Of a stretch of DNA of 64,000 nt, positions 9,730 through 19,130 are shown piece after piece. Position 1 is the stretch's first letter. Each line of letters begins with the position of its first letter. The position numbers and the translations under genes are program-made. Source of the stretch: Thermodesulfobacteriota bacterium (GTDB lineage: Bacteria > Desulfobacterota > Desulfobulbia > Desulfobulbales > SURF-16); contig JBDLIE010000001.1 in the NCBI GenBank assembly GCA_039715015.1, forward strand, positions 1 to 64,000, given 5' to 3'. Below the pieces are notes generated by a model. The model was not told where the DNA came from, did no database searches, and was given only the letters and a program-made list of their open reading frames with translations.

Positions 9730-12084
9730 ATGACTGATATTCGTGATCGTATGGAATCCTGGTTCGGCAGTTTTGGCCGCTTGCTTTTTAAGCGGGCCTG
9801 GTGGTTTCTGTTCCTGAGTGTACTTGCCACCGGTGCCATGGTTTCGCAACTGCCGACTATTCGTATGGATACTTCGGCCGAAGGACTCTTGCATAAAGAA
9901 GACCCGGCTCTGAAAACCTATCAGGATTTCAGGCAACAGTTCGGGCGGGACGAAACGGTTATTATTGGCTTACGGCCAGACACCATTTTCGATCTGAACT
10001 TTTTGGCGAAGCTTAAGGAGTTCCATTGGGCGCTTGAGAATGAAGTCCCAAATGTCAGCAAAGTCGATAGCCTTGCTAATGCTACTTATATCCAAGGACA
10101 AAGGGATGACCTGATTGTAGAAGACCTTCTGGCGCATCTGCCGGCCAATGGGGAAGAATTGCGCATATTCAGGCAACAGGTCATGGAGCACCCACTTTAC
10201 CCAGGAACAATTATTTCTGAGGATGGCCTGTTTACAATAATTGTACTGACCCCGGTTGTTTTTTCCACTTCAGCTAATGGCACAGATGGCGGCCAGCTCC
10301 TCAGCGAGGATGAGTTTGCAGAGCTGGTTGATGCAGTGACGGCTATTTCCCACCGTTTTAATGGCCCTGATTTTCCGGTGGTTCTTGGCGGGGAGGTGGC
10401 CACCGAGGTTGTTTTGAAAAGACTGGCCCTTGAGACCATGTCACGGTTCATGAAGCTTACCGGGCTGCTCATTGTTGTTATTACCGCCATTTTGTTTCGC
10501 CGTCTGTCAGGTGTTGTCTATCCCTTCCTGGTGGTTAATTGTGCCCTCTTGTCCACCCTTGGCCTGATGGCGTTTTTTGATGTCGCGATGACTTTAAATA
10601 CGACGATATTGCCCTCTTTCATCCTGGCGGTTGGGATCGGCGATTCGGTCCATATCCTGGCCATCTTCTATCGTCATTTTAATCAGCACCATGATAAAGA
10701 AGAGGCCATTTCCTATGCCTTGAGCCACTCCGGCCTGGCAGTGGTGATGACCAGTCTGACCACGGCTGGCGGTCTGCTCTCCTTTGTGTCAGCCGGCATA
10801 GCCCCGATTGCCGAGTTGGGTGTATTTGCTGCAGTGGGGGTAATGATGGCCCTGGGCTACTCTCTTGTTACCCTGCCTGCTTTGCTGGCTGCAATTCCAT
10901 TAACCAAAAAGAAGGTTAGAGGGCCGGCCAATTCATTATCCCGGTTGGATGGCTTGCTGATCAGAGTCGGTGATGTTAGCTCTGATCATCCCTGGCCGGT
11001 TGTCGCAGTCAGTGGCGTTGTTTTTGTTGTTGCTTTTGCTTTGGCAAGTCAACTTGGCTTTTCCCATAATTCACTGAAATACCTGCCCAAGGATATGGAG
11101 GCCCGCCAGGCCACGGAGATGATCGATAAACACATGAAGGGCTCTCTGAATGTAGAAATCCTGATTGACACAGGTCGGGAGAATGGCCTTTACGACCCGC
11201 TTGTCCTCAACAATATTGAAAAAGCGCAACGGCTGGGAGAAAAATTGAAGGTCGAGCAGAGCCCGGCCGGCAAATCAATTTCAGTGGCGGACACAATAAA
11301 GGACATGAACCGGGCCTTAAATGGCGGCAGTAAGGATTATTTCAAGATTCCAGAAGAGCCGGACCTAATAGCCCAAGAGCTTTTGCTGTATGAAATTGGC
11401 GGTGGCGATGATCTGCGCACCCTGGTTGACGGGGGATACCGCCAGGCCCGGCTTACTCTGAACCTGCCATGGGTTGATGCCATTGAGTATGATCGTGTTC
11501 TAACTGAGTACCAACAGCAGATAAAGGAAATTTTCGGGACCACGGCGACTCCCACGGTGACCGGCATTGTCGCTGTTATCTGCCGGACATTTTCGGTGAT
11601 CATCCAGACCATGGCCAGCAGTTATATGATTGCCGCAGCGATCATAACTGTTCTGATGATTTTGTTGATTGGCGATTTAAAGGTGGGATTGATCAGCATG
11701 GTTCCCAATTTTCTACCCATAGTTATGGGCCTGGGGTTCATGAAGCTTGCCGGTATTCCGCTTGATTATTCCAATATCATGGTCGGCGGCATTGCCATAG
11801 GGCTGGCAGTGGACGATACCGTCCATTTTATGCATAACTTCAGGCGCTATTTCGCCAGAACTGGTGACGCCAGGCAGGCCGTGCATCTCACTTTGACCAC
11901 TGCTGGCCGGGCCATGTTCTTCACCACTCTGATTCTGTGCGCCGGCTTTCTGGTGCTGTTATTTGCTGAGCTCAAGTCCACCGTGAATTTTGGGATGATC
12001 ACCGGCTTTACCATCAGTATGGCGCTGCTGGCAGATTTTTTATTGGCTCCGGCCTTGATGGTTCTTGTTTGCCGGAACAGGTAG
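9730..12084 (+). CDS. MMPL/RND-superfamily transporter
   Basis: 784 aa, duplicated 1+5 TM architecture with GIGDSVH and GLAVDDTVH motifs, TSLTTAGGLLS. Confidence 0.88.
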   Translation: MTDIRDRMESWFGSFGRLLFKRAWWFLFLSVLATGAMVSQLPTIRMDTSAEGLLHKEDPALKTYQDFRQQFGRDETVIIGLRPDTIFDLNFLAKLKEFHWALENEVPNVSKVDSLANATYIQGQRDDLIVEDLLAHLPANGEELRIFRQQVMEHPLYPGTIISEDGLFTIIVLTPVVFSTSANGTDGGQLLSEDEFAELVDAVTAISHRFNGPDFPVVLGGEVATEVVLKRLALETMSRFMKLTGLLIVVITAILFRRLSGVVYPFLVVNCALLSTLGLMAFFDVAMTLNTTILPSFILAVGIGDSVHILAIFYRHFNQHHDKEEAISYALSHSGLAVVMTSLTTAGGLLSFVSAGIAPIAELGVFAAVGVMMALGYSLVTLPALLAAIPLTKKKVRGPANSLSRLDGLLIRVGDVSSDHPWPVVAVSGVVFVVAFALASQLGFSHNSLKYLPKDMEARQATEMIDKHMKGSLNVEILIDTGRENGLYDPLVLNNIEKAQRLGEKLKVEQSPAGKSISVADTIKDMNRALNGGSKDYFKIPEEPDLIAQELLLYEIGGGDDLRTLVDGGYRQARLTLNLPWVDAIEYDRVLTEYQQQIKEIFGTTATPTVTGIVAVICRTFSVIIQTMASSYMIAAAIITVLMILLIGDLKVGLISMVPNFLPIVMGLGFMKLAGIPLDYSNIMVGGIAIGLAVDDTVHFMHNFRRYFARTGDARQAVHLTLTTAGRAMFFTTLILCAGFLVLLFAELKSTVNFGMITGFTISMALLADFLLAPALMVLVCRNR

Positions 12085-12140
12085 AAAAGATCAACCATGG
12101 CAACCTGATCACCGTCCCACTGCCCCCAAAGGACGTTGGC

Positions 12141-12213
12141 AATGATACGCAGGTAAACGGAGTTGGCACTGCTGCCGCCCTTGATATTGTCGAACATGGG
12201 CGAGTTGCCGAAG
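12141..12213 (-). repeat. Degenerate copy of the 3' end of the MipA-family gene (direct repeat of 14381-14454)
   Basis: 12150-12213 matches 14391-14454 at 55 of 64 positions by manual alignment; encodes MFDNIKGGSSANSVYL versus MFGNIKGGSNYNSVYL. Confidence 0.85.
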
Positions 12214-12262
12214 GTGGTGCTGGTTGGTGTCCGGGGGGGGGAGAGATACTCCGAGTGAAGAT

Positions 12263-13078
12263 CTATTCTCTTTTAAGGGCAGGATGGCAACGTTTACAGT
12301 TGTTCATTGGGAATGCCACCCTGAGATGACAAACTCCGCAGAATTTTTCCTCCAGGATATACTTCATCCTAAAATGTTCGGTGGCCTTCTTTTTTATATT
12401 GAAAATATCTGGATGACAGCTGCCGCAATCGAGCCATTTGGCATGAACCTCATGGGGGAAATAAGCAGGGGGAACATAAAGCCACTCAGCTTCAAGCACC
12501 AATTCTTTCCGGAACCCCAATGGTTTTTCCTGCGGCTTGAAAATACTGTAAAGGGGTCTTATCTGTTCTGTGTCAATGGCCTCTGCCCAATTAATCTCAT
12601 TACCAAATCTATCTCTCGGCAGGTTATCTTGAAGTTCGATGAATTTCTCAAAACTTGAAGCCCTCGTTCCTGTATGGCAACGTTGGCAATGACCTTGGCT
12701 ATGGCCAAAAGCCACCTTGCCATCATGACATTTGCCACAGAAGAGACCGTTACGATTGTCAGACTCCGTCATGTCCGTGCCCCCTGCCTTAAAGGCAAAA
12801 CCGAGCTCCCAATGGCAAACTCGACAGGTATACTTGCTGCGATGACTCCAGTGTGAGAAAAACACGGCCTTGACCCCGTTGGTGGCCGAGAGGCGATCAA
12901 TGAGGATATCGCCATACTCATGCGCTGGCGGCAGCGGCGGAAGGTTCCAATAGTTTTTGGCGTCTGCCTGGCGAGATGCCGCCAGCAACATCATAACCAG
13001 CAGCACCAACCTCGACCATTGATGGGGATTGGCGCCCCCTCCGCCCCCTTGAGAAGATATGCGCCCGGCCCTTTTCAT
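12263..13078 (-). CDS. Periplasmic hexaheme cytochrome c with two c7-type triheme domains
   Basis: Six CxxCH motifs (CRVCH, CGKCH, CQRCH, CGSCH, CGVCH, CKRCH), FSHWSH and FPHEVH axial-His motifs, signal peptide. Start placed at the ATG just after the upstream stop. Confidence 0.9.
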   Translation of the reverse strand: MKRAGRISSQGGGGGANPHQWSRLVLLVMMLLAASRQADAKNYWNLPPLPPAHEYGDILIDRLSATNGVKAVFFSHWSHRSKYTCRVCHWELGFAFKAGGTDMTESDNRNGLFCGKCHDGKVAFGHSQGHCQRCHTGTRASSFEKFIELQDNLPRDRFGNEINWAEAIDTEQIRPLYSIFKPQEKPLGFRKELVLEAEWLYVPPAYFPHEVHAKWLDCGSCHPDIFNIKKKATEHFRMKYILEEKFCGVCHLRVAFPMNNCKRCHPALKRE

Positions 13079-13079
13079 A

Positions 13080-13871
13080 TCAGTAAACCAGCTTGGTATG
13101 ACAGCGCTGACAATCAATATTGGGGAAAGCTACGGGGCCATGACAGACGCCGCAATACTTTCCGGCGAAGATCTCCTCCATACTATAAGGCTGGCTGCCC
13201 TGCTTAACGCCGAATAATTCAGGATGGCACAATTCACAGCCACTCCACTTGGTATGTTTGCCATGGGAAAAAATAATTTCCGGCATGTTCTTTTCCAAGG
13301 GTTTCAGGTCCAATAGGGCCGGATCTTTGATCTTCAACCCCTTTATGGATACCCCCTCCAGGAAATCCACAACATTAATTTTTTTAGTTTTCTCAGCCTT
13401 CTCCCAGTCGATCCCGTTGCCAAATCTCTCCCTGGGCATGTTTTTTTGGAATTCATAAAAATCGTACTTGAATTCAACCTTCTCACCATATGAATGGCAA
13501 CGCACACAATTATTGAGAGCGGTTTTCCCCTTTTTGGGAGCGTTTTTGTGGTCAAAGGCGATCTTGCCATTATGGCAGGAACCACAGAACAGCCCCCGTT
13601 GATTATCCTTCTCGGTAATATTGGTAGCACCGGCATTCATGGCAAAGCCGATATCAACATGACATAATCGGCAGGAGTACCTGGCTCTGTGCAGCCAGTG
13701 TTTGAAAACCACTGGCGCTTTATTGGCCTTGCTCGAATAATTATCAATAACAATAGTGCCAAACTCATGGGGTTTAGGCCTTTTCTTTTTAAGGCCAAAC
13801 TCCTGGGCCAAGGCAAAGCCACAAAACACGAACAGAACCAACGACAATAAGGCAATTAGCTGTTTCTTCAT
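13080..13871 (-). CDS. Periplasmic hexaheme cytochrome c with two c7-type triheme domains (paralog of the neighbour)
   Basis: Six CxxCH motifs (CRLCH, CGSCH, CVRCH, CELCH, CGVCH, CQRCH) and signal peptide MKKQLIALL...ALA. Confidence 0.92.
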   Translation of the reverse strand: MKKQLIALLSLVLFVFCGFALAQEFGLKKKRPKPHEFGTIVIDNYSSKANKAPVVFKHWLHRARYSCRLCHVDIGFAMNAGATNITEKDNQRGLFCGSCHNGKIAFDHKNAPKKGKTALNNCVRCHSYGEKVEFKYDFYEFQKNMPRERFGNGIDWEKAEKTKKINVVDFLEGVSIKGLKIKDPALLDLKPLEKNMPEIIFSHGKHTKWSGCELCHPELFGVKQGSQPYSMEEIFAGKYCGVCHGPVAFPNIDCQRCHTKLVY

Positions 13872-14176
13872 CGTAATCCCCGTTTATTTATTGTCTAAAT
13901 CAACCAGGCCACCTTTACAGATAAGGAAATCAAGTTTTAGCATAGCAATAAGTCCCGCGACAATAACAGCACAAAATAGGACAGACGGATAGGCAAGAGA
14001 GACAAGTTGGGCTGTTTTTGCGCCCACTTCACTGGTTGGGCAAGGAGCAGTGCAATGAATAAGTAGCAATAAGAGGGGTGGTGGTGCTGGCTAAGCTGAA
14101 ATAGAAAAGTGATTACCACTCATCTTCAGCCAATCATCGACCACCCTGGCACATGGGTGGCTGAACGGCTCGTTTG

Positions 14177-14259
14177 GCAGGAGCTCACCCCTGTGGGCGA
14201 CAAGAGGGAAGGTATGAGTAAATAATCGTCTTTTATCGCCCGGAGGGCCGGACTCCTAC
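14177..14259. repeat. Degenerate REP-like inverted doublet
   Basis: GCAGGAGCTCACCCCTGTGGGCGA ...35 nt... TCGCCCGGAGGGCCGGACTCCTAC resembles the GTAGGAGC...GCGA / TCGC...CTCCTAC layout of GTAG-family REP doublets. Confidence 0.5.
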
Positions 14260-14311
14260 ACCATTGCGCTTCAAAAAAGTCTTACTTACCAGGCTTGTAG
14301 CCGTGTAATAA

Positions 14312-14355
14312 ACCCCAAAAGGCCCGGACGAGATATCGTCCGGGCCTTTTGGGGT
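14312..14355. terminator. Strong hairpin downstream of the MipA-family gene (terminator or stabiliser)
   Basis: Perfect 20-bp stem ACCCCAAAAGGCCCGGACGA-gata-TCGTCCGGGCCTTTTGGGGT. Confidence 0.7.
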
Positions 14356-14375
14356 CAATGGAGCCAGCAGGCCGT

Positions 14376-15716
14376 TTAGAAATGGTACTGCAGGTAGACG
14401 GAGTTGTAATTGCTGCCGCCCTTGATGTTGCCGAACATGGATGAGCTGCCGAAGATACCGGAGCGGTGGTGGATGGAATAGCCGAGCCAGACATCGTCGA
14501 GGGCTGCCACCCCAAAGGTGTCACCGAGATCAAAATCCAGGGAGAAGTCGAGAAAGAGGAGCCATTTACTGGCCTCCAGCTCCTTGTCATCCATCTCCAC
14601 CTGTTCGATATAGCTGATCTCGGCGGCATAGGAAAGACCTTCGCCAATACCGAAGCGCCAGGTGAAGGGCCAGTCAAAGGTGGTGTAATGCTTGAAGGCC
14701 AGGACAAATTCCTGCCCTGATTTCTGGACCCCGGAATTCCAGTGCCAGACAAAACCAGGGGTCAGGTAGCTCTCAACCGCCATGCCCAGAAAATCATCGG
14801 CAAGGGGGTGACCGTAGAAGAATGAGGTGAGCTGGTTGTTGTCGTAATCCCGTTCCCGGTCAAAGACAACAATGTCAGCCAGGTCGGAGGGTGTTGCCCA
14901 GCCATGGGCAAGGCGGACGTATGGTTTGGCGTTGATGGCCGATTTACAGATGGTGCTGCTGCCGTTTTGGTAGCTCATGCCCAGGAAGATATTCTCCTGG
15001 AAATCATCCTCCACAAAAAAGGAGTCCCGGGCGTTACTGCCGAGCCAGGTGGCCTCCACAGAGCCAAGAAGAAAAACATCGTCAAAGAGGAGGTACCTGG
15101 CCTCAAGGCCAACACTGACATCCATGCCGGAGCCGATATCATCCACCCCCAGGCCATAGTAGTAATCGTTAAAGCGGCCATCCTTGAAACGCAGATTGAC
15201 GTAAGGATCCAGGCTTATTGGCCCACCGTCTATCTCCATGCCGGTGCGCCAGTTTGACGAGAGGCGCTGCCGTTCATCGGCCATGAAGTCCACCTCGAAA
15301 TAGAGGGGGTTCTGGGCCGGCTGATAGCGAAACTGCAGGCCCCAGTCGAGAACGTCGGTGTCGATGAGAGCGTCATAATCATCATCTGGGACATCAAAGA
15401 AACGCCAGCGGGCCAAGAGACGGAGCTGCCAATCTTCACGGCTCAGCAATTTAACACCACCCTCAAGGCCATCGAGAAACAGGTATTCATCCTCATAGTA
15501 GAACAGGGGGATTAAATCGTGGAGGGAGGAGTCGTCTCCTTTAAAAGGGATGGAGGCCATGCGAACTGCGAAGCCAATGCCCCATTTTTGCTCCTTGCAT
15601 TCAAGCACTGAAGGACTCTGCTCAGGCTTGCTAGCAACAGCCTCTTCAGCCTGAATAAAGGAGGGAAAGGCAAGCAGGACGGTCAGGAAGAAAAAACTTT
15701 TTATGGAAATTTTCAT
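14376..15716 (-). CDS. MipA/OmpV-family outer-membrane beta-barrel protein with a C-terminal extra barrel region
   Basis: Signal peptide, IPLFYYE...FLDGLEGG, FNDYYYG, alternating beta-strand pattern, HHRSG motif, terminal Phe (YLQYHF). Confidence 0.8.
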   Translation of the reverse strand: MKISIKSFFFLTVLLAFPSFIQAEEAVASKPEQSPSVLECKEQKWGIGFAVRMASIPFKGDDSSLHDLIPLFYYEDEYLFLDGLEGGVKLLSREDWQLRLLARWRFFDVPDDDYDALIDTDVLDWGLQFRYQPAQNPLYFEVDFMADERQRLSSNWRTGMEIDGGPISLDPYVNLRFKDGRFNDYYYGLGVDDIGSGMDVSVGLEARYLLFDDVFLLGSVEATWLGSNARDSFFVEDDFQENIFLGMSYQNGSSTICKSAINAKPYVRLAHGWATPSDLADIVVFDRERDYDNNQLTSFFYGHPLADDFLGMAVESYLTPGFVWHWNSGVQKSGQEFVLAFKHYTTFDWPFTWRFGIGEGLSYAAEISYIEQVEMDDKELEASKWLLFLDFSLDFDLGDTFGVAALDDVWLGYSIHHRSGIFGSSSMFGNIKGGSNYNSVYLQYHF

Positions 15717-16028
15717 AACATGAAACCTGTGAAGTGAAGGCGCGTACTGAACTGGTTTATTGGAAAATAATGTCAGGAGGGGTGATCTCGGGGAAGAGGT
15801 AGAATAAAAAGCGAGATAGGCGATTTTGACGTTTGTGCGGGACTATAACATATATTTTTTATTGGCAAAGTCCTTTTGCCGGGCAGCATATTCTTTGTGT
15901 GTGGAGAAATTGTTTAGGGCGCATTCAATATTTTATTGGTAGTTATTATCAGGAGAGCCAGAGCTGTCTTTGTGAATATGGCCCGCCACCTCAATTTCCC
16001 ATCTTAAAAGTTATTTTGTTTTGCTGGT

Positions 16029-17129
16029 ATGAAAGTTACCTTCCCCCATCTCGGTAGTATGTATATCTTCTGCAAGGCCATTGCTGAAGAGGCGGGGATT
16101 CCCTATGTCCTTCCCCCTCCCACCACCGACAAGACCCGGGAACTCGGCGAATTTCATACCAATGAGTCTGTCTGTCTGCCCTTGAAGATTATCTTGGGTA
16201 ATTTTATCGAGGCCTTAGATGCCGGGGCCGATACCATTGTCATGGTGGGCAGTGGCCCCCCGTGCCGTCTTGGTTTGTATGACCGGACCATTAAGGTGAT
16301 TTTAACGGACCTGGGCTACGAGTACCGCTGGCTTACCATCCCCGGCATTTTTAATTGGCAATCCTTTCTTCAGAACCATGACGAAACCAGGGAGCTTCGC
16401 AAGGAGTTGACCCTTGCCAATTTTCTGCGTTTCCCACGGGCCATTATGATTGGCTGGCGGAAGATGCGCTGGTGTGAACATCTGGAAGGGCTGGCGGCCA
16501 AGAAACGGGCTGTGGCCTCCTCTCCCCTGGTGGTGGAACGCTGGCTGAAAGATGCCCTGGCTGCCATTGACAAGGCCCGCAGCCTGTTGGCAATATCCCG
16601 GGCTGGCAAAAAGGCGACCTCTGCCCTGGCAGCTATCAAGGAGCATGGCCGCAGGCCCCTGAAGGTGATGATGGTGGGGGAGGTCTATACCGTGATGGAA
16701 CCTTCCATTAATATGAATATCGAACAGCGCCTTGGCCACCAGGGCGTCGAGGTTGGGCGTTCCTCCTATTTCAGCAGCCATATCAGGCGAGGATCCCGGC
16801 TGGATAGGGGCCTGCTCAAGGAACGGCAAGAGCTTTTGGAATTGGCTGTGCCCTATCTCAAGTATGATGTGGGTGCCGAGTGTAATTTTTCCGTGGCAGA
16901 GACGGTTTTGGCCAAAAACAGGGATTATGATGGCGTGGTCCATGTCTATCCCTTTTCCTGCATGCCGGAGACCAGCGCCGCCAGCGTGCTTTCCACTGCC
17001 GCCAGTGAGCTTGGAATTCCCATCCTGACCCTGCCTCTGGATAGAAAGGATATGGGCTTGCGCATTGACACCCAGATTGAGGCCTTTGTCGATATCATGC
17101 AGATGAAACGCTCTGGACAGCTGCTATAG
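16029..17129 (+). CDS. CoA protein activase / 2-hydroxyacyl-CoA dehydratase-related Fe-S protein
   Basis: MKVTFPHLG start, ESVCLPLKIILG, GPPCRLGLY, VGEVYTVMEP, PFSCMPE. Confidence 0.8.
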   Translation: MKVTFPHLGSMYIFCKAIAEEAGIPYVLPPPTTDKTRELGEFHTNESVCLPLKIILGNFIEALDAGADTIVMVGSGPPCRLGLYDRTIKVILTDLGYEYRWLTIPGIFNWQSFLQNHDETRELRKELTLANFLRFPRAIMIGWRKMRWCEHLEGLAAKKRAVASSPLVVERWLKDALAAIDKARSLLAISRAGKKATSALAAIKEHGRRPLKVMMVGEVYTVMEPSINMNIEQRLGHQGVEVGRSSYFSSHIRRGSRLDRGLLKERQELLELAVPYLKYDVGAECNFSVAETVLAKNRDYDGVVHVYPFSCMPETSAASVLSTAASELGIPILTLPLDRKDMGLRIDTQIEAFVDIMQMKRSGQLL

Positions 17130-17137
17130 GGGCCATT

Positions 17138-18079
17138 ATGAAAATAGGTCTCCCCATTGAACTGTTGAGCTTTGAGTGGATTCGGCGCCTCAGGGACGAT
17201 ATCAGCCAGGTCCTACCTGATGCCCAGTTTTTTCATGTGGCCGGGCAAGGCGGGAGTGGGCAACAGATAATTCCCCTGTCAGAGGGTGATGCCTGCTTCC
17301 CTTTCAAGAAGATGATTCGCACGGCCATGGCCCTGCTGCCCGAGGTGGATAAGCTTCTCATTCCCCGCCTGGTTCGCCTTGATGGTCATCTGCTTTGTCC
17401 CAATTTTCGGGCCTTCCCGGACCTGGTGGCCTTAAACCGCGACAGGCTGGCAGGCCCTGAGAAGAAGACGCCCATTGTTGATACAGTGGTGGAGATCAGC
17501 TCCCGGGATGACGAAGAAAAGGTCCGTGTCAAGTTGCTCCAGACGCTTTTGAGCAAGAACGAGATCAGTTTGAAAATGGATTTCCCCCTGGCGGAGAGGG
17601 CTGAGGATAAGGCCAGCACGCTGCGAACCAAGCTGGCGCCCTATGCAAAGAACATCGCCCTCATTGGCCGGGCCTATATGGTCCAAGACCCCCATCTTAA
17701 TATGGGTATTGCGGAAATTTTGAATGGCCAGGGCTATGGCGTTATCACCCCCCAGGATGTGGATTTTCAGAGCCTGGATCAGGTGGCAGCCAGAAATGAT
17801 TATTATGCCAAAACCATGTATTGGCGCGGCGCCCGTGAATGTTTGGGCGCCTTCATGCATTTCACCGAAGAGTTTGCGCCGGCCGGTATTATCTATCTTC
17901 TTTCCTTTAACTGCGGGGTGGATGCCCTGGTTCGCATTGAATTAATGAGTCTCCATAAAAAATTAGAAAAGAAAATTCCCATGATGGTCCTGGTGGGTGA
18001 CGAGCATAGCCAGCGCGAGCATGTGGTCACCCGTTTGGAAGCTTTTTTGGATGTTATTGATGGAATTACCACCAGTTAG
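17138..18079 (+). CDS. Acyl-CoA dehydratase activase-related protein (DUF2229-like)
   Basis: MKIGLP start, DACFPFK, CPNFRAFPD, IALIGRAY, FNCGVD, DEHS...TRLEAFLD. Confidence 0.75.
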   Translation: MKIGLPIELLSFEWIRRLRDDISQVLPDAQFFHVAGQGGSGQQIIPLSEGDACFPFKKMIRTAMALLPEVDKLLIPRLVRLDGHLLCPNFRAFPDLVALNRDRLAGPEKKTPIVDTVVEISSRDDEEKVRVKLLQTLLSKNEISLKMDFPLAERAEDKASTLRTKLAPYAKNIALIGRAYMVQDPHLNMGIAEILNGQGYGVITPQDVDFQSLDQVAARNDYYAKTMYWRGARECLGAFMHFTEEFAPAGIIYLLSFNCGVDALVRIELMSLHKKLEKKIPMMVLVGDEHSQREHVVTRLEAFLDVIDGITTS

Positions 18080-19046
18080 TTCCGAGGCCGTAGCTGTCTA
18101 TCTCGGCATTGATGTTGGTTCGGTAACCACCAAGATGGTGGTGCTTGATGCTGACAGCGGCGAGGTGCTCGACCATGTCTATCTGCGGACCAACGGCGAG
18201 CCGATCCGTTCCATCCGCCAGGTCATGGAACGCATTGAAACCGACTCCCGCAAGTTCCAGGTTCTGGCTGCCGCCACCACCGGCAGCGGCAGGATGCTGG
18301 CCGCCAAATTAATCGGGACGGATCTGGTCAAAAATGAGATCACCACCCATACCCTGGCTGCCCTGACCATTGCCCCGGATGCCCAGACCATCATCGAAAT
18401 CGGCGGTCAGGACTCAAAGATCATTATTGTCCGCGACCGCATGGCCATTGATTTTAATATGAACACGGTGTGTGCCGCCGGTACCGGCTCCTTTCTCGAC
18501 CAGCAGGCCGGCCGCCTGGGCATGAAGGTGGAGGACATGGGGGAGATGGCCCTGGCCTCTGAGAGTCCGGCCTCCATCTCCGGGCGCTGCACGGTCTTTG
18601 CCGAGACTGATATGGTCCACAAGCAGCAGATCGGCGTGGGCCGCAACGATATTGTTGCCGGTCTCTGTCAATCACTGGTCCGCAACTATCTGGCCACGGT
18701 GGGCCGCGGTAAACAGATTTTGGGGCCGGTGGTCTTTCAAGGCGGGGTGGCGGCCAATAAGGGCATCGTTAAAGAGTTTGCAAAGCAGACCGGTCACGAG
18801 ATTTCGGTCTTTCCCTATTACGGAGTGGCTGGGGCCTATGGCGCTGCTATCTATGCCTCCAAGGCCTCTGGTGAAAGGCCACCCTTCCAGGGTTTTGAAT
18901 TGCTGCAGAGGGATTTTTCGGTGGACAGCTTCACCTGCCGCAAATGCGAAGAAGAGTGCACGGTGCTCCGCCTCTATCGGGACGGTAAGGCTGTTTCTTT
19001 CTGGAATGATCGCTGTGGCCGTTACTCGGAAGGTAAAAAGGAGTAA
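18060..19046 (+). CDS. Acyl-CoA dehydratase activase (HgdC/BadG/BcrAD ASKHA ATPase)
   Basis: YLGIDVGSVTTK, TTGSGR, NEITTH, IEIGGQDSK, MNTVCAAGTGSFLDQQA, ISGRCTVFAETD, FQGGVAAN, plus a C-terminal Cys motif. Confidence 0.92.
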   Translation: MELPPVSSEAVAVYLGIDVGSVTTKMVVLDADSGEVLDHVYLRTNGEPIRSIRQVMERIETDSRKFQVLAAATTGSGRMLAAKLIGTDLVKNEITTHTLAALTIAPDAQTIIEIGGQDSKIIIVRDRMAIDFNMNTVCAAGTGSFLDQQAGRLGMKVEDMGEMALASESPASISGRCTVFAETDMVHKQQIGVGRNDIVAGLCQSLVRNYLATVGRGKQILGPVVFQGGVAANKGIVKEFAKQTGHEISVFPYYGVAGAYGAAIYASKASGERPPFQGFELLQRDFSVDSFTCRKCEEECTVLRLYRDGKAVSFWNDRCGRYSEGKKE

Positions 19047-19130
19047 GGGGTGAGGGAACAGTGGTCCTTTTCCGCCATCTTTCCTCAGCTGTTCTTGACA
19101 GGATTTCCATGGCCCCGATATAGTGGTGTG

